DNA of 63,450 nucleotides, filler included, from Reclinomonas americana ATCC 50394 (lineage: Eukaryota): the NCBI GenBank assembly GCA_048213135.1. It is 10 parts of 10 records of this genome, joined end to end, with 100 filler letters (N's around TTAATTAATTAA, not from the genome) between each part and the next. Parts side by side here need not be neighbours in the genome. Positions count along the whole stretch, not along the records: positions 18,731 to 35,336 come from AFZH01016814.1; positions 35,437 to 39,129 come from AFZH01016815.1; 8 more parts are not named here. One strand, given 5' to 3'. Numbering within the stretch: position 1 is the stretch's first letter; the number at the start of each line of letters is the position of its first letter. A model generated the notes under the pieces. That model saw only the letters and a list, made by a program, of their open reading frames with translations. It was not told where the DNA came from and did not search any database. A program made the position numbers and the translations under genes. Positions 24,501-38,200 of the stretch are shown piece after piece.

Positions 24501-26404
24501 TCCCAGAGCCGTCAACGCGTAATCGTCACGACAGGTGATAATCACTTTCAAGTCGCGACACACATCCAGCTGGTTCTTGACAAACAGATTCACACCACGA
24601 TACAACTCGTCGTACCCGTCAAGCAACAACAACAGTGGTTCCTCCTTCAATCGTCGCACATCCGACTCGCTGAATCCTAACTCAGGTGACAGTCGCTCCA
24701 ATGCCTCCTCCAACAGTCGCTCATCCGCATTGCGCAGGGCACCAAGAGGCACACGCACAGGCACACGCCGACTCTCTCTCGTCTGCCACTGTCGCCATGC
24801 TCTCTCGGACAGCACCGACATGGTGGTGGTCTTGCCGGCACCACTGTTGCCGAACAGCACCAGCACACGCTGGGTGGTATTGGCGTCGGCGAGGAATGCA
24901 TCCACCTCCGCCATCAGATCCGTCATCTTGTCTCTCGATGAGACGTCACGATCACGCAAGCACAGCAGCGGCACATACATCTGCATGTCCTTGTGCATAC
25001 TCTCATCGTGCTGGTAGAACGAGAGCTCACGCACAGCCAGTCGGTGCAGTCGCTCCTCGAATGTGCTGATAATGTGCTGGACGTGACGCGCCTCGCGGAT
25101 ACGAGCAGCGGATCGAGATCGCTCATCATCGGTCAAATGCAGCCGTGAGAGGATGGAGAGGAAGACACCACCGTCACCAAGGTACTCCTGCACAGAGGCA
25201 TCCGTCACCATGAGGTCCTTGTGCGCCAAACCCTTTCTCACATCATTCAGCTCCTCTACCGCATTCCGTTCATCAACATCGTCAATCAGCAGCAGCTTGC
25301 GACCGTCACCAAGAACGAGGCCACCATACAGCATGATGGAAGTGAGTGCCGTCGTATCGAAACCGTCACACGGGGGATCGGACGAGGGGTCGGCGTCGAA
25401 TGTAGCACGCCAGGCCAACATCACCGGCTGCTTCTCCTCAAACAACTTGACTCGCCCAGGATGAAGCGGGGCATGTCGATCACGCCACGCCTTCACAGCC
25501 GCTGCGTCCATGCCAGCGGGCGCGAAACCCGCAACCCATGCCCGCACATCAAAGTCGGCATGATCGCGACTGAACTGGGCCAGTGCGCGTTGACAGCGCA
25601 GACGCACGGCCTCCTCCACCACCTCGAAAGCCATGGTGATGCGATTGAAATTGATCATGCTGTCCACCAGCACACAGAAGCATCAATCAGAATAACAAGC
25701 GGAGGAGAGAGAGAGAGAGAGAGATGAGGGCAAGATAAATCAAACCGAGCCACAAACTCCGAGTTGCTGTGTGACGACAAGAGTGAGATGCATGTTGGGC
25801 GAAGAGAGATGGATCCAACACATCACCACACCAGAGAGGGAAGGGTAGAGTAAGCTCGGCTGTGACCACATGAAGAGCACGAAGAGCACAACGGCAACAC
25901 ATGTGCAACAGACACAAGGAGAGAGTGTGTGTGCGAGAGAGATGAAGATGTACACCAACGCACAAGTACACACGCACACTGGACAGACCTTCCACTCTCG
26001 CTTCCACTCTCACTCCCACTCCCTCCACTTGACTGCAGCGCCACGCGAAGGTTCACACGGACGACGAGATGGGTGGATGCGTTGATGCCGAGTCCGATGA
26101 GCGGCACGCCACCGGCAAACTCAATGTTGAAAGCACTCGGCTTCTCCACTCCCACAATCTCCATCGCCTCATCTCCACTCTTCTCACGCAGCAAGCGAGT
26201 GGCCTCGCGCAGCAAGTACGTGAGAGTGGACATCGGTGTCATTGCCTCCACCACCACCGACAGCGATGAATCATGCGCTGCGCTCACATTCAGAGAGAAC
26301 TGTGATACACACAAGGGCAGTGAGAGCACAGAAAGAGGAAACACAGAAGGAGGAGTGAGAGCACAAAGAGATGGAGGGAAGGGAGAGAATGCACTCACCG
26401 ACAT
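21516..26404 (-). CDS. NLR2: Ubl-HEPN-NACHT-pentapeptide-WD40x13 with a divergent WD40 array
   Basis: Exons 26404-26399 (MS), 26299-25989 (Ubl-like + SGSESG linker) and 25659-21516. Motifs FDTTALTSIMLY, VRKGLAH, GNSGAGKTT and LLDGYDE; the reading frame is intact. Confidence 0.88.
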
Positions 26405-26744
26405 CGTGTTGTGTCCGCCAAACAAAATGCAATACAGACCTGTCACGAAATGGTGGATTTGGTGGGGTTTTCCACAGCGATCTTTGCAAGCCAGAGGGGA
26501 TGCAGGTGTGACCGCGGGTGTCACATCCCCGTGAACTTCTCTGTGATCATCTGTATTCAATGCATGTCGAAGAAAATCGCTTTTCCGCTTGTCTTCCGTT
26601 TCTTTCCTCTTCCCGTCCCTCTGCAAAGACCCCGCCTCAGCACATGAGAAGCTGTCTTCATCTTCCCACCCTCACCACTGTTTGCATTTCACGATTCATT
26701 GCTATTTTCAAACAACCCCGCTCCGCCTGGCGCTCATGATCATC

Positions 26745-28113
26745 TAGTCACCAGCCTCCTCCGCCGTACAGCACCGCATCTCCATCTCCGCCAAACACCA
26801 CCTGTCCTCCTCCTGTACCACCCACATCGCCGCCCTCGCCCACCGCACCTCCTCCGCCATATAACACCGCAGACACCGTACTCCCCAACTCCTTCACCCT
26901 CCTACAACACCTGCCCCGCCACCACGCATCTGTGCACCACCACCTGCGCCTCCTCTGCCAGAAAACACCGCATCACCATCTCCACCAAACATCGCACTTC
27001 CCCTTCGTCTGTGCACCACCACCTGCGCCTCCTCTGCCAGAAAACACCGCACCACCATCTCCACCAAACACCGCACTTCCCCTTCCCCTTCTCCTGCCTA
27101 CAACACCTGCCCCGCCACCAAACATCTGTGCACCATCACTGATGAAGGCAAGGTGGTGCTGCAAGTCAAGGGACACCGCGGCTACGTGTCGTGTGTGGCC
27201 GTCACTCGCGACGGGCGGTACATTGTCAGCGGCAGTGGCGACAAGACGGTGCGGGTGTGGTCGATGGCGACGGGTGAGGAGGTGTGTCGACTGGTGGGTC
27301 ACACGGGTGGTGTGGTGGGGTGGCGGTGACGCACGACGGGCAGCGCGTGGTGAGTGGCAGCACCGATGGCACGGTGCGTGTGTGGTCCACGGTGTATGCG
27401 CTGACGTGCGGGGTGCTAGAGTGGGCGAAGATGGCGCAGAGGGTGTTGCGCGGGATGGTGCAAGAGGGTGAGGTGGAAGTGCGGTGTTTGGTGGAGATGG
27501 TGGTGCGGTGCCTTCTGGAAGTGGAGGCGCAGGTGAGCGACCACACACGAATCGTCGCATCACAACCCGAGCCCGTCACCACATGCAGACCGTCGGTGGT
27601 GACGGCCACTGACGTCACTGGCCAGTGATTCCCGATCAGCAGCAGCTGTTCCTCTTGCCCGCTGTCCAGCGAGAACACATGCACAGAGCGATCCTCTCCC
27701 GCACTCACAATCACCTGCCGATGCGCGGTGACGGACGCCGAGCGCACCTGCCGCGTGCATCGCAGCTTGACGTGCCACACCTGCTCGCCACTCGCCAGCG
27801 ACCACACACGCACAGTGCCGTCTGCGCCACCACCGCTCACCAGGTGCTGGCCGTCGGGGGGTGAAGGCGATGGATGACACGGGTCCTCCACTTGACTTGA
27901 TCTCTCGCACACACTGCTCCTCCTCTGCAGGTGGGAGTGACCACACGCGCATGGTGGCGTCATTGCTGCCGCTCGCAATGTGGTGGCCGTCGGGGCTGAC
28001 GGCGACGCAGGAAGGCGAGCGGTGGGGGAGGGAGTGCACGAGGGCGCCGGTGGAGAGGGTGTGTATGAGCACGGCGGTGGAGGTGATGGTGATGATAGGA
28101 GAGGATGAGGCAA
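26745..28113 (-). pseudogene. WD40-only partner gene remnant with an internal 401-bp inversion, frameshifts and duplicated C-terminal motif
   Basis: Minus-strand WD40 repeats at 28072-27537, a plus-strand WD40 + C-terminal segment at 27136-27536, then minus-strand MVHRCLVAGQVL*. Extra copies of RCLVEMV.RCFLAEEAQVVVHR at about 26900-27080. Homologous to 40623-41738. Confidence 0.8.
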
Positions 28114-28343
28114 GGTGAAAGTTGTCCTGTCAAGTGTTTTGTTTTTTTGTCACTCAGCAGATGTGAGTGGCATCGAGAAAGACAAATGCACCTGGTCTTG
28201 TCTGCCTTTGAATCGGTAATGTAGATGTTACTGTTCTGCTGCTGCGAGTTCTTTCAAAAAAGGAAACGCAAACGTCTCGACGCCGTTGCACTTGCAACAG
28301 ATCGCATGCGAAGCCAGTAACATGCGCAGCCAACCGTACAGGT

Positions 28344-28392
<49 letters not shown>

Positions 28393-28610
28393 TCCCTCCT
28401 CATTCCTCCCCATATGCATCTCTTCCCTCCTCGCCCACTTTGTACACCAAGGCAAGGCAAACGCAGTGCATCTTGGGATTGATTATGCCACAACTCACAA
28501 GTACTGAGAGGTTCATTCCAAACCGCAAACAGCTGCATGCCGATCTCCCTCGTTTCAATCAGTAACTGCTCGCGTCGTCGTCTTCATCGCCAGCAGGGCT
28601 CACATCATCG

Positions 28611-31600
28611 TCATCGAACTATGACTCTTTCGTCCTCCTCATCCTGTTTGTCGCCCCCGACCCCCTCGTAGGTCACTTCTTCAAGGCCGACGCCACGCAC
28701 AGCACCAATCGCGTCGGTGAAATCGGGCAATACTGTGCCGAGAATATGTTCCACCAGCCCGCGAGTGTTTAGACGCATCAGAAAGATCCTCTTGCCGGAC
28801 ACACGGGCGGTGTACGCAGAACCGAACGCCATGCAGCGAAGATAAGTCACACGACCCGCCGAAGGCTCAACGAGGTCCGCCTGCTCATCAAGAGGCACTC
28901 CTTCTCCAGTCGACAGAGACCACACTCGAACTTCTCCGTGACCACCGCGACTCACGATGTACTGACCATCGGGAGTGACTTCAACACACCACACCCCACC
29001 CGTGTGGCCTTCCAATCGCAGCAGTTCCTCTCCACTCATCAGTGACCACACTCGCACTGTCTCGTCCCCACTCCCGCTCACAACATGCTGACCATCGGGA
29101 GTGACGGCGACAGAAAACACACTGTCAGTGTGTCCCTCCAGTCGAAGCAGTTCCTCGTCACTGGCCAGTGACCACACTCGCACTCTGTTGTCAAAACTCC
29201 CGCTAACGATTTGCTGACCATCAGGAGTGACGACGACAGAACACACACTGTTAGTGTGTCCCTGCAGTCGCCGCACTTGCTCTCCACTCACCAACGACCA
29301 CACGCGCACTGTCACGTCACCGCCACCGCTCACAATGTGCTGACCATCAGGAGTGACGACAACACATGTCACCCACAAAGTGTGACCTTCCAACCGCCGC
29401 AACTCTTCTCCACTCACCAACGACCACACGCGCACAGTCTCGTCACGGCCCCCGCTGATAATGCACTGACCATTGGGAGTGACGGCAACACACGATACAT
29501 AACCATTGTGCCCCTCAAATCGTCGCATTTCTTCTCCACTCGCCAAAGACCACACCAGAATAGACCCGTTCCGACTCCCACTCACAGCGAATTGACCATC
29601 TGGAGAAACAGTAAATGCGGAGGACATTCCTCCCACCTTCCACAGTTCCTCGCCTGTTGACACAGACCACATCCTCACCGTGCCGTCATTACCGGCACTC
29701 ACAGCATGCTGACAATCGTGGGTGAGCACAACTGAATGCACCGATCCGGTGTGTCCACCCAACCGTCGCACTCCTTCATCACCTATCACAGGCCACAATC
29801 GTACTGTCATATCCTCACTCCCACTCACGATATTCCGACCATCAGGAGTAATCTTGATTGAACGCAGTGGACCAGTATGTCCCTCCAACCGCCGCAACTC
29901 CTCGCCACTCGTCAGTGACCAAATTCGCGCAGTCGAATCCCCACTCCCGCTGACGACGTGCTGCCCATCAGGAGTGACGGCGACAGCATTCGCCCAGCCA
30001 GTGTGTCCCTCGAACCGTTGCACTTCCTCGCCACTTGCCAGCGACCACACTCGCACTGTCTTGTCATCACTCCCACTCACTACGTGCTGGCCATCGGGTG
30101 TTACTGCCACTGCACACACCCTCCACGTGTGGACTTCCAGTCGGCGCACTTCCTCGCCACTGGCAATCGACCACACTCGAACAGTCATGTCATCACCACC
30201 ACTCACAATGTGATTACCATCGGGTGTCACTGCCACCGCCCGCACCTCATTCGTGTGGCCTTCCAGTCGGCGCACCTCCTCACCACTTGACACCGACCAC
30301 AGTCGTACAGTCTTGTCCGCACTGCCACTCACAATGTGATTACCATCGGGTGTCACTGCCACCGCCCGCACCTCATTCGTGTGGCCTTCCAGTCGGCGCA
30401 CCTCCTCACCACTTGACACCGACCACACCCGTACAGTCTTGTCCGCACTGCCACTTACGATGTATTGGCCATCAGCTGTCACTGTCACCGCGTACACCCA
30501 ACCGGTGTGACCTTCCAGTCGCAGCACCTCCTCTCCACTTGCCAGTGACCACACCCGTACAGTCTTGTCGTCACTGCCACTCACAATGTGCTGACCATCG
30601 GGCGTAATAGTGACAGATCTCACACAATCAGTGTGTCCTACAAACGGTCTCCTTGGCCACTTCACGCCCGTCACATTCGCTTCTCGGAAATCCGCCTCCC
30701 TCGCATACGCCATGCACACATTTACCCCTCGCAAATCCGCTCCCCTCCACACCGTTCTGTGCATCACCGCATCCCTCAAATCCGCACCTTTCACTCGCAC
30801 ATCCGACAGATCTCGCCCACTGAATGACACTTGCGCTACACATAACGCCGTCGCCGCATTCGCTGCTGCCGTCACCACTCGCTCCTCATCCACTTCTCGT
30901 GACAACTCGATCACCTCCCAAAGCCTCGCTTGCAGTCGGGGAGACCGTCGAACCACCTCGGCCATCTGCTCCACCAACGACGGTCGATCATTTAGCAGCC
31001 GCACTCCCAACACATGCTGCTGCACATCTTCCATCGTCAATCTCCTCACCATAGCCCACGTCTCCCACGCGAACACATGACGTGCCACACAGTGCTCCAG
31101 CAACGACAGATGCACGAATCCCCACTGCGTCGTCCCATACCGTCGCACAATCGGACAGCACACTCGTACGTGCTGATTCTTGGGACCGAGGAACTTGTCA
31201 AGCGGTCCCTCTTCCACGCGTCGCAAGGCGAGTGGCGCACCACCAAAACCATCATCTTCCTCCTCACCAGACCGATTCTCCATCACAGACACACGCACCA
31301 TATTCCACTCATGCATCAACCTTGCCAGTCCCTCACAGAATGCCAGACACGTCTCCTCACTCGGCACACGCTCCGCACCAAGACGCGTCTGTCTCTCCTG
31401 CTCCCTCACAATCCACAGTCGAATGAATCGGTCAAATACATCGCACCGAGTCGGTCGCTGCACTCCACTCGCCACCAACTGCGGCAACACACGAGCCACC
31501 ACTGAGAGCATGAACGGATTCGACACCAATGCGTCCAGTCCATGCACACTCCTCAGTGCATGTATGTAATCAGCAACAGTCGACCAGCGCATTTCGTCAT

Positions 31601-33447
31601 CGTCACCCACTTGCACCAGTCGCTCAAAGTACTCCTCAATCTGCTCCTTGTTGAATGGTGCAATGTGTCGCTCCATCAGCTGCTGCATGCACAGCTGTCC
31701 GCGTGCATCCACCGGTGCAAAGTACCGTCGATACTGTGTCACACCACCCAATGCCGTCAGTGCGTAATCGCCGCGACAGGTGATAATCACTTTCAAGTCG
31801 CGACACACATCCAGCTGATTCTTGACAAATAGATTCACACCGCGGTACAACTCGTCGTACCCGTCAAGCAACAACAGCAGTGGCTCCTCCTTCAACCGTC
31901 GCACATCTGTCTCACTGAATCCCAATTCAGGTGACAGTCGCTCCAGCGCCTCCTCCAACAATCGCTCATCGGCATTGCGCAGAGCACCAAGAGGCACACG
32001 CACAGGCACTCGTCTGCTTTCTCTCGTCTGCCACTGTTGCCATGCTCGCTCGGCCAGTACTGACATGGTGATGGTCTTGCCGGCTCCACTGTTGCCAAAC
32101 AGCACCAGGACACGCTGGGTGGTGTTGGTGTCGGAGAGGAAGGCATCCACCTCCGTCAACAGATCAGTCATCTTGTCACTCGATGAGACGTCACGATCAC
32201 GTGTGCACATCAGTGGCACATACATCTGCATGTCCTTGCGCACACTCTCATCATGCTGGTAAAACGGGAGCTCACGCACAGCCAGTCGATGCAGTCGCTC
32301 CTCAAACGTGTCCACAATGTGCCGAGCGTGAAGTGCCTCACAGATACGAGCAGAGAATCGAGCTTGCTCCTCAGCCGTCAACTGCAGTCGGGAGAGGATG
32401 GAGAGGAAGACACCACTGTCACCAAGGTACTCCTGCACAGTGACGTCTGACAGTACGAGGTCCTTGTGCGCCAACGCCTTTCTCACATCGTTGAGATCCT
32501 CCACCGCCTGTCGTTCATCAGTATCGGCAATCAGCAGCAGCTTGCGACCGTCATCCTCGACAAAGCCACCATACAGCATGATGGTGTGCAGAGCCGTCGT
32601 ATCAAAACCGTCACACGGAGGGTCGGACGAGGGATCGGCATCGAATGCAACACGCCAGGATAACATCACCGGCTGCTTCTCCTCGAACAACTTGACTCGA
32701 GAAGGGTGGAGTGGAGCATGTCGCTCACGCCATGCCTTCACAGCCACCGCATTCATGCCAGCAGGCGTGAAACTCGGCACCCAGGCCCGCACATCAAAGT
32801 CGGGATGATCGCGACTGAACTGCGCCAGTGCGCGTTGACAGCGCAGACGCACGGCCTCCTCCACCACCTCAAAGGCCATGTTGATGCGCTGCGAGTTGAT
32901 CATGCTGCCCGTGCACACACATAACACAGTCAGCACAGACTCACTCCGAGTGAAATAACAAGGAAAGGGAGAGAGAGAGTACGGTGCCGAAACAAACCGA
33001 GTCGCTCGCTCCGAGTTGCTGTGGGAAGACATGAGAGTGAGATGCATGTTTTGCACAGGGGATGACACATCCAGCACACATACCTTCCACTCCCACTCCC
33101 ACTCACTCCACTCGACTGCAGCGCCACGACAAGTGTCAGACGGACGACAAGATGCGTGGATGAGTTGATTCCTAGAATGCGCAGCGGAATGCCACCACCC
33201 TCCTCGATATCGAATGCCATCGGCTTCTCCACTCCCACAATCTCCATCTCCCCATCTCCACTCTTCTCACGCAGCAAGCGTGTGGCCTCGCGCAGCAGGT
33301 CCGCAAGAGTGGACATCGCCGACATGCCCCGCCACCACCAGCGATGAATCATGCGCCGCACTTACATTCACAGAGAACTGCGAAAGGAGGACAGTGAGCA
33401 CACACACAGAAGGAGGGAAGAGTCAGCACCCAAACACACACCGACAT
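28611..33447 (-). CDS. NLR3: (Ubl, frameshifted)-HEPN-NACHT-pentapeptide-WD40x14
   Basis: Exons 33447-33442, 33377-33084 and 32904-28611. A net 5-nt deletion near 33330-33345 shifts the Ubl exon; re-initiation at ATG 33325 (MSAMSTLADLL) or ATG 32903 would be in frame. VRKALAH, GNSGAGKTIT and LLDGYDE are intact. Confidence 0.82.
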
Positions 33448-33703
33448 TGTGTGCGCGTGTTCTGTTCTCAGTCGCGTTTCACAAGAAATTCCTGTCAATA
33501 AAGTTGTCACAATGCTGGTGGATTTCTCATGTGACAGCGATCCTTGCAGCCAAACCAAGCCGGGATGAGGGGACAGCAGATGTTTCTGTGACAACTTTAC
33601 TTGCAACACATCTCTTCGTTGCACGCAAAAACTATCCAACGGCTAGTTCACGCGGGAAATTTCACCTCATCTTCTCTCTTATCCCTTCTCTCTCCAACAA
33701 ACA
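33448..33703. promoter_or_regulatory. Short divergent intergenic region between NLR3 and TEX9, containing the conserved NLR upstream block
   Basis: The head-to-head ATGs are at 33447 (-) and 33704 (+). 33480-33575 is homologous to 42160-42250 and 49650-49760 (ttgcaagg..gctgtca..agaaacccaccagc..gacaactt.attgacaggaatt). Confidence 0.6.
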
Positions 33704-34537
33704 ATGAGCAGTGGCGACAGCATCGACGAAAGCCTCATGGAATCATCTCCTGTTGCGCGACTCGCATCGCGTGGAGGTACACCTCATTCTCTTTCGATTT
33801 CTGTGTGTGTTTAAGAGAGAAAGTGAGACTGACAGACAGGGAGTGTTTGCCGCTCTCCCTGTGTGTTTGAGAGAGGGAGAGAGGCAGAGGGTGAGAGAAT
33901 GTGACTGTGTGTGTGAGAGTGATTGAGAGATGTTGAGGAGACAGAGGAGAGAGAGTGTGTGCTGAAGAGAGAGAGGGAGAGAGAGAGCGCGCGTGTGTGT
34001 TTGTGTGAGCGTGAGTGCGAGAGATTGAGGAGAGTGACAGGTGAGATGAGTGTGTGTGTGTGAGAGAGGGGAGGAGCACAAATGCACTCTCTTTCTCTCA
34101 CTCTCTCCCCTCCATCTCCCCCTCGCTCTCTCACACCCTCTCAACTTACACACTCTCCGTCTTCATTCCGTCTCTCCCCCTTATCCCTCTCTCCTCTCAC
34201 TCTCCCTCTCTCCTCCAATACTCTCCGTCTCTTTGTCTCCCTCACTCTCTCACCTCTCTCTCTTCCTTGTCCCTCTCGCTCTCTCCCCTCTTTCTCCTTT
34301 CTCACTCTCCTTCTCTCTTCTTTTTATGCTCAGGAGGCATGTCCAGTCAGTTGCTTGCGCGCGAAGAGGAACTGCGACGACTCAACGATGAGATTGAGTC
34401 GCGCAAGGATGATATTCTGCGAATGACGGAGAAGGTGATGGTGAGTGGGCGATGGACGAAAGGAGAGGGAGGGGGAAAGGGGAGGGACAGAGAAAAGTGG
34501 TGGAGAGGGAGACATGGAAGAGCAGACAGTGAGGGAG

Positions 34538-34610
<73 letters not shown>

Positions 34611-34850
34611 GAGAAGAGCAGAGTAGAGGCGAGGAAAGTCGGAGAGGAAGGGGAAGAGAGGGATACAAATGCACACGCAGGAGAGCGAGAGCGAGGAGAG
34701 AGAGAGGGGGAGAGAGAGGGAGGGAGAGAGGAAAGGGAGAGGGACAGAGGAAAGTGGAAGAGAGGGAGACATGGAAGAGTAGACAGTGAAGGAGGGAGGA
34801 CAGGCGGAGATAACGGGGAAGAGAGGGATTCATATGCACACGCAGAAAAA

Positions 34851-34883
<33 letters not shown>

Positions 34884-35218
34884 AGGACTGGAATAGAGCG
34901 GGAAGGGGAACTCGATGTATCTTGCGTCTGTCGTCTCTCTGTACGAGAGTGTGGGACTGGGCGGGAGGCGAAATGCCTGTTTGCGTGTGAGGTTGACGTG
35001 AATGAGCCAGAGAGCGTGGGAGTATGCTTGTTGTCTCTTGCCAAAGTCTCTGCGACGAACAATGCGAGTGGATTTTGAAGGCAGCGGATACGTCGGCGAC
35101 ATTACGCTGTGTCAGACCATACTCCGTGTGCTGCATTATCGTGCTTGCATTCTGTCTCGCTCGCTCTCTCTTTCGCTCTCCGTCTCTCTCTCGCTCTCGC
35201 TCTCTGTCTCTCTCTCTT

Positions 35219-35255
<37 letters not shown>

Positions 35256-38200
35256 TGCTCTATCTGTTCGTGTGTGCGTGTGTGTGTGTGTGTGTGAGAG
35301 AGAGAGGGAGATTCAGGCGACGAGCAAGCCGTCGCCNNNNNNNNNNNNNNNNNNNNNNNNNNNNNNNNNNNNNNNNNNNNTTAATTAATTAANNNNNNNN
35401 NNNNNNNNNNNNNNNNNNNNNNNNNNNNNNNNNNNNTTTCCCTTCGTGTCTGCCGCTCTCTCTCTCTCTCTCGCTCTCTGTCTCTCTCTCTCGCTCTCTG
35501 TCTCTCTCTCTCTCACTCTCTGTCTCTCTCGCTCTCTCTCTCTCTCTCTCTTTCTCTCATTGTCTCTCTCTCTCTCGCTCTCTGTCGCTCTCGGTCTCTC
35601 TCTCTCTCTCTCGCTCTCTGTCGCTCTCTCTCTCTCTCTCGCTCTCTGTCTCACTCTGTCTCTCTGTGTCTCTGTGTCTCTGTGCCTCTCTCTGTCTGTC
35701 ACCTTTCCCCTCACTCTTGCTCTCTCTATTCTTGAGCGTGTGTGCGTGATTCAGGTGATTCATCATTCTCTCTGGGTACCTCGACATCTCTTGCCTGTTC
35801 CACTTTCCTCCCCTTGGTTTCTCTTTACGCTTTTGTCGTCTCTGTTGCTGAATCACTTGTTCTTTTCTCCCAGCGGGAACAGGAGTCGTCGAGCGGCACC
35901 GCGTCCGGATACTCTGCATCGCGAGGATCGTCGCGCAGTGGCTCGCGAGGTGGACCACGTGAAGTTGAGTCTGGAAATGGGCAAGGGAGAGAAAAATTGT
36001 TTCCTCCTCTCCCTCACACCCTCTCTCTGTGTCTGTTGTTCTGCTGGCCTGTTTGTCGATCTCCTCGTCTTTGTTATCTCCATCTCTTCGCTGTTCCCTC
36101 ATTCTCCATGTCGCTACCTTTTGCTGGGGACGCATTCACTTCCCGCCATTCTATCCTCGCTCCCTCTCTCACACACGCGCTTCCTTGTTTGCAGCCAGTT
36201 GTCCTCCACTTCTAATACCTTCTGAATCTCTCTCGCTCCCATCCCTTTCCCAATCCCTCGACACCTCAAGTCCTTCTCCCTGTCTGTTCAACTCTCGTTG
36301 TTCGTCTTTTCTGTGTCCTCTCTCATTATTCTTTCCTCTTCGTTTCCTATTTTCATCCCGCCTGTCACATTTTGTGTTGTCTCTGCTCTGTCGTTTTCGT
36401 CTCTTTCGTCTCCTTTCTTCATTCCTTCCTCTCTTCCTCTCACTTTCTGTTTTGTCTCTGCTCTGTCTGTATCCTAGCTTTCGTCTCTCCATCCATTCCG
36501 TCTCTCCCCCCTCCCCCTTCTCTTCACCTCACTTTCCCTCTCCTTCCCCTTCTGGTAGCAGGACTCCGTGGCCAGCCTCTCCTCCATGGCCTCCGCCACC
36601 CGCTCTGGCAGCTCCTCCGGCACCCGTCTCACCACCCCACCCGCCAGCAACGCCACCCTCACAACAACCACCACCACCACCACCGGCGGCGGCTCCTCCT
36701 CATCCTCCTCTTTCGGCCCCCCACCCCTGACCCCCTCACAGTACGGCTCCTCGGCGACCACGATGACGGCCAGCACGCCCCTCATTGACCAGCCGCCCTC
36801 GTCGTCCTACTTGCCATCCCCGGCCACCACGGTGGCGACCGGCAGCGACCTGACCACGCCCGTGGAACTCCGCGTCCAGCGTGCTCGCGTCGCCGCCCTG
36901 GAGGAGGAGATTCACCAGGCGCTGACGCAGCTGCAGGAGCGCGAGGATGCCGTGAACGAGCAGAAGCAGCTGATTCGCGAGCTGCAGGAGGAGGTCACGA
37001 AGCACGCCAAGGCCGCGCAGGCGCTGGAGGGGAAGATCGAGAAGGAGAGGCAGAAGCGGGTGGATGCGGAGAGGGAGGTGGAGGATGTGAGGGCGGCGGT
37101 GAGTGGGAGATGGGGAAAGGAAAAGGGAAAGGGTGGGGAAGGGAAAGGGTGGAGATGGGGAAAGGAAAAGGGGAAGGGTGGGGAAGGGGAAGGGTGGGGA
37201 AGGGGAGGCTTGGAGGATGGTCTCTAATTCTCGTGGAGATGAACTCTGTCGGCACCATTTCCTCCTGTCTCTTGATGTCATTTCTCGAATTTTAGTCGCA
37301 TTTGGCTCTTGTCTCCCTCTCATGGTTCCTCTTTCTCTCTGTCAATGTCTCTCTCTTTCTCGCTGTTTCTCACTTTCTCTCTCTCTTTGTTTTCTCTCTT
37401 TTCGTCTCTCGCTCAAGCTCTCTGCTCTCTCATTTATTCTTTCTGTCTTGATAACACTGTCTGTTTTCACTCTCCACCTTTCTGTCTCGCTTCTGTGTTC
37501 CTTTGCGATGCCTTTCCTTTTCCCTCGACGTCACTGTCTTTCTCTTCTCTCATCCTGTTCCTGTGTGTCTTTCTCTGTTGCCGTCTCTCTCTCCATCTCC
37601 CTCTGTTATTTTCTCCCTTTTCGTTTCTCGCTTTATTTCTTTCTGTCTTGTAACACTGTCTGTTTCCTCTCTCCATCTCTCTGTCTTTCTTTCTGTCTTG
37701 CTGTCACTGTCTTTCTTTCTCTCTTACTGTCACTGTTTCTCTCTCTCCCTCTCTCTCTATATGTCTCGATTCTTTCGTGACTTCTTTCTCTCATTGCCTG
37801 TCTTTCTCTTCCTCCCTTTCGATCTCTCTGTTCTCTCTCGATGTTACTGTCTTTCTCTCTCTCTTTCCATCCCGCTGTCTCTCTCTGTCTTTGTTTTGTG
37901 TTCCTCGCGATGCCTTTCTTTTCTCCATGATTTCACTTGTATCTGTCTCTCGATGTCACTGTCTTTCATTTTCCCTCTCTGTCTCTCTCTCTCTCTCTCA
38001 GAGTTTCTGTGTTGCCCTCTCTATTCTCTTTCGAATTCTCTCCGTGTCCTTCTCCTTCCCAATGTTATTCACTATGCTTTCTCGATGCTCCTCCATCTCC
38101 ATCACGATGCCTCTCATTCTCTCGATATCACTGTCTTTTATCTCTCTCGATGACTGACACTGTCTTTCATATTTTCTCTGCGCGTTTCTGCTTCATGATC

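Noticed and set aside
32905..33077. N-terminal extensions of the NLR ORFs in the ORF track (e.g. MLDVSSPVQN..)
   Set aside because: These are intron 2 read-through; they are not conserved in frame among paralogs, whereas the splice sites are.
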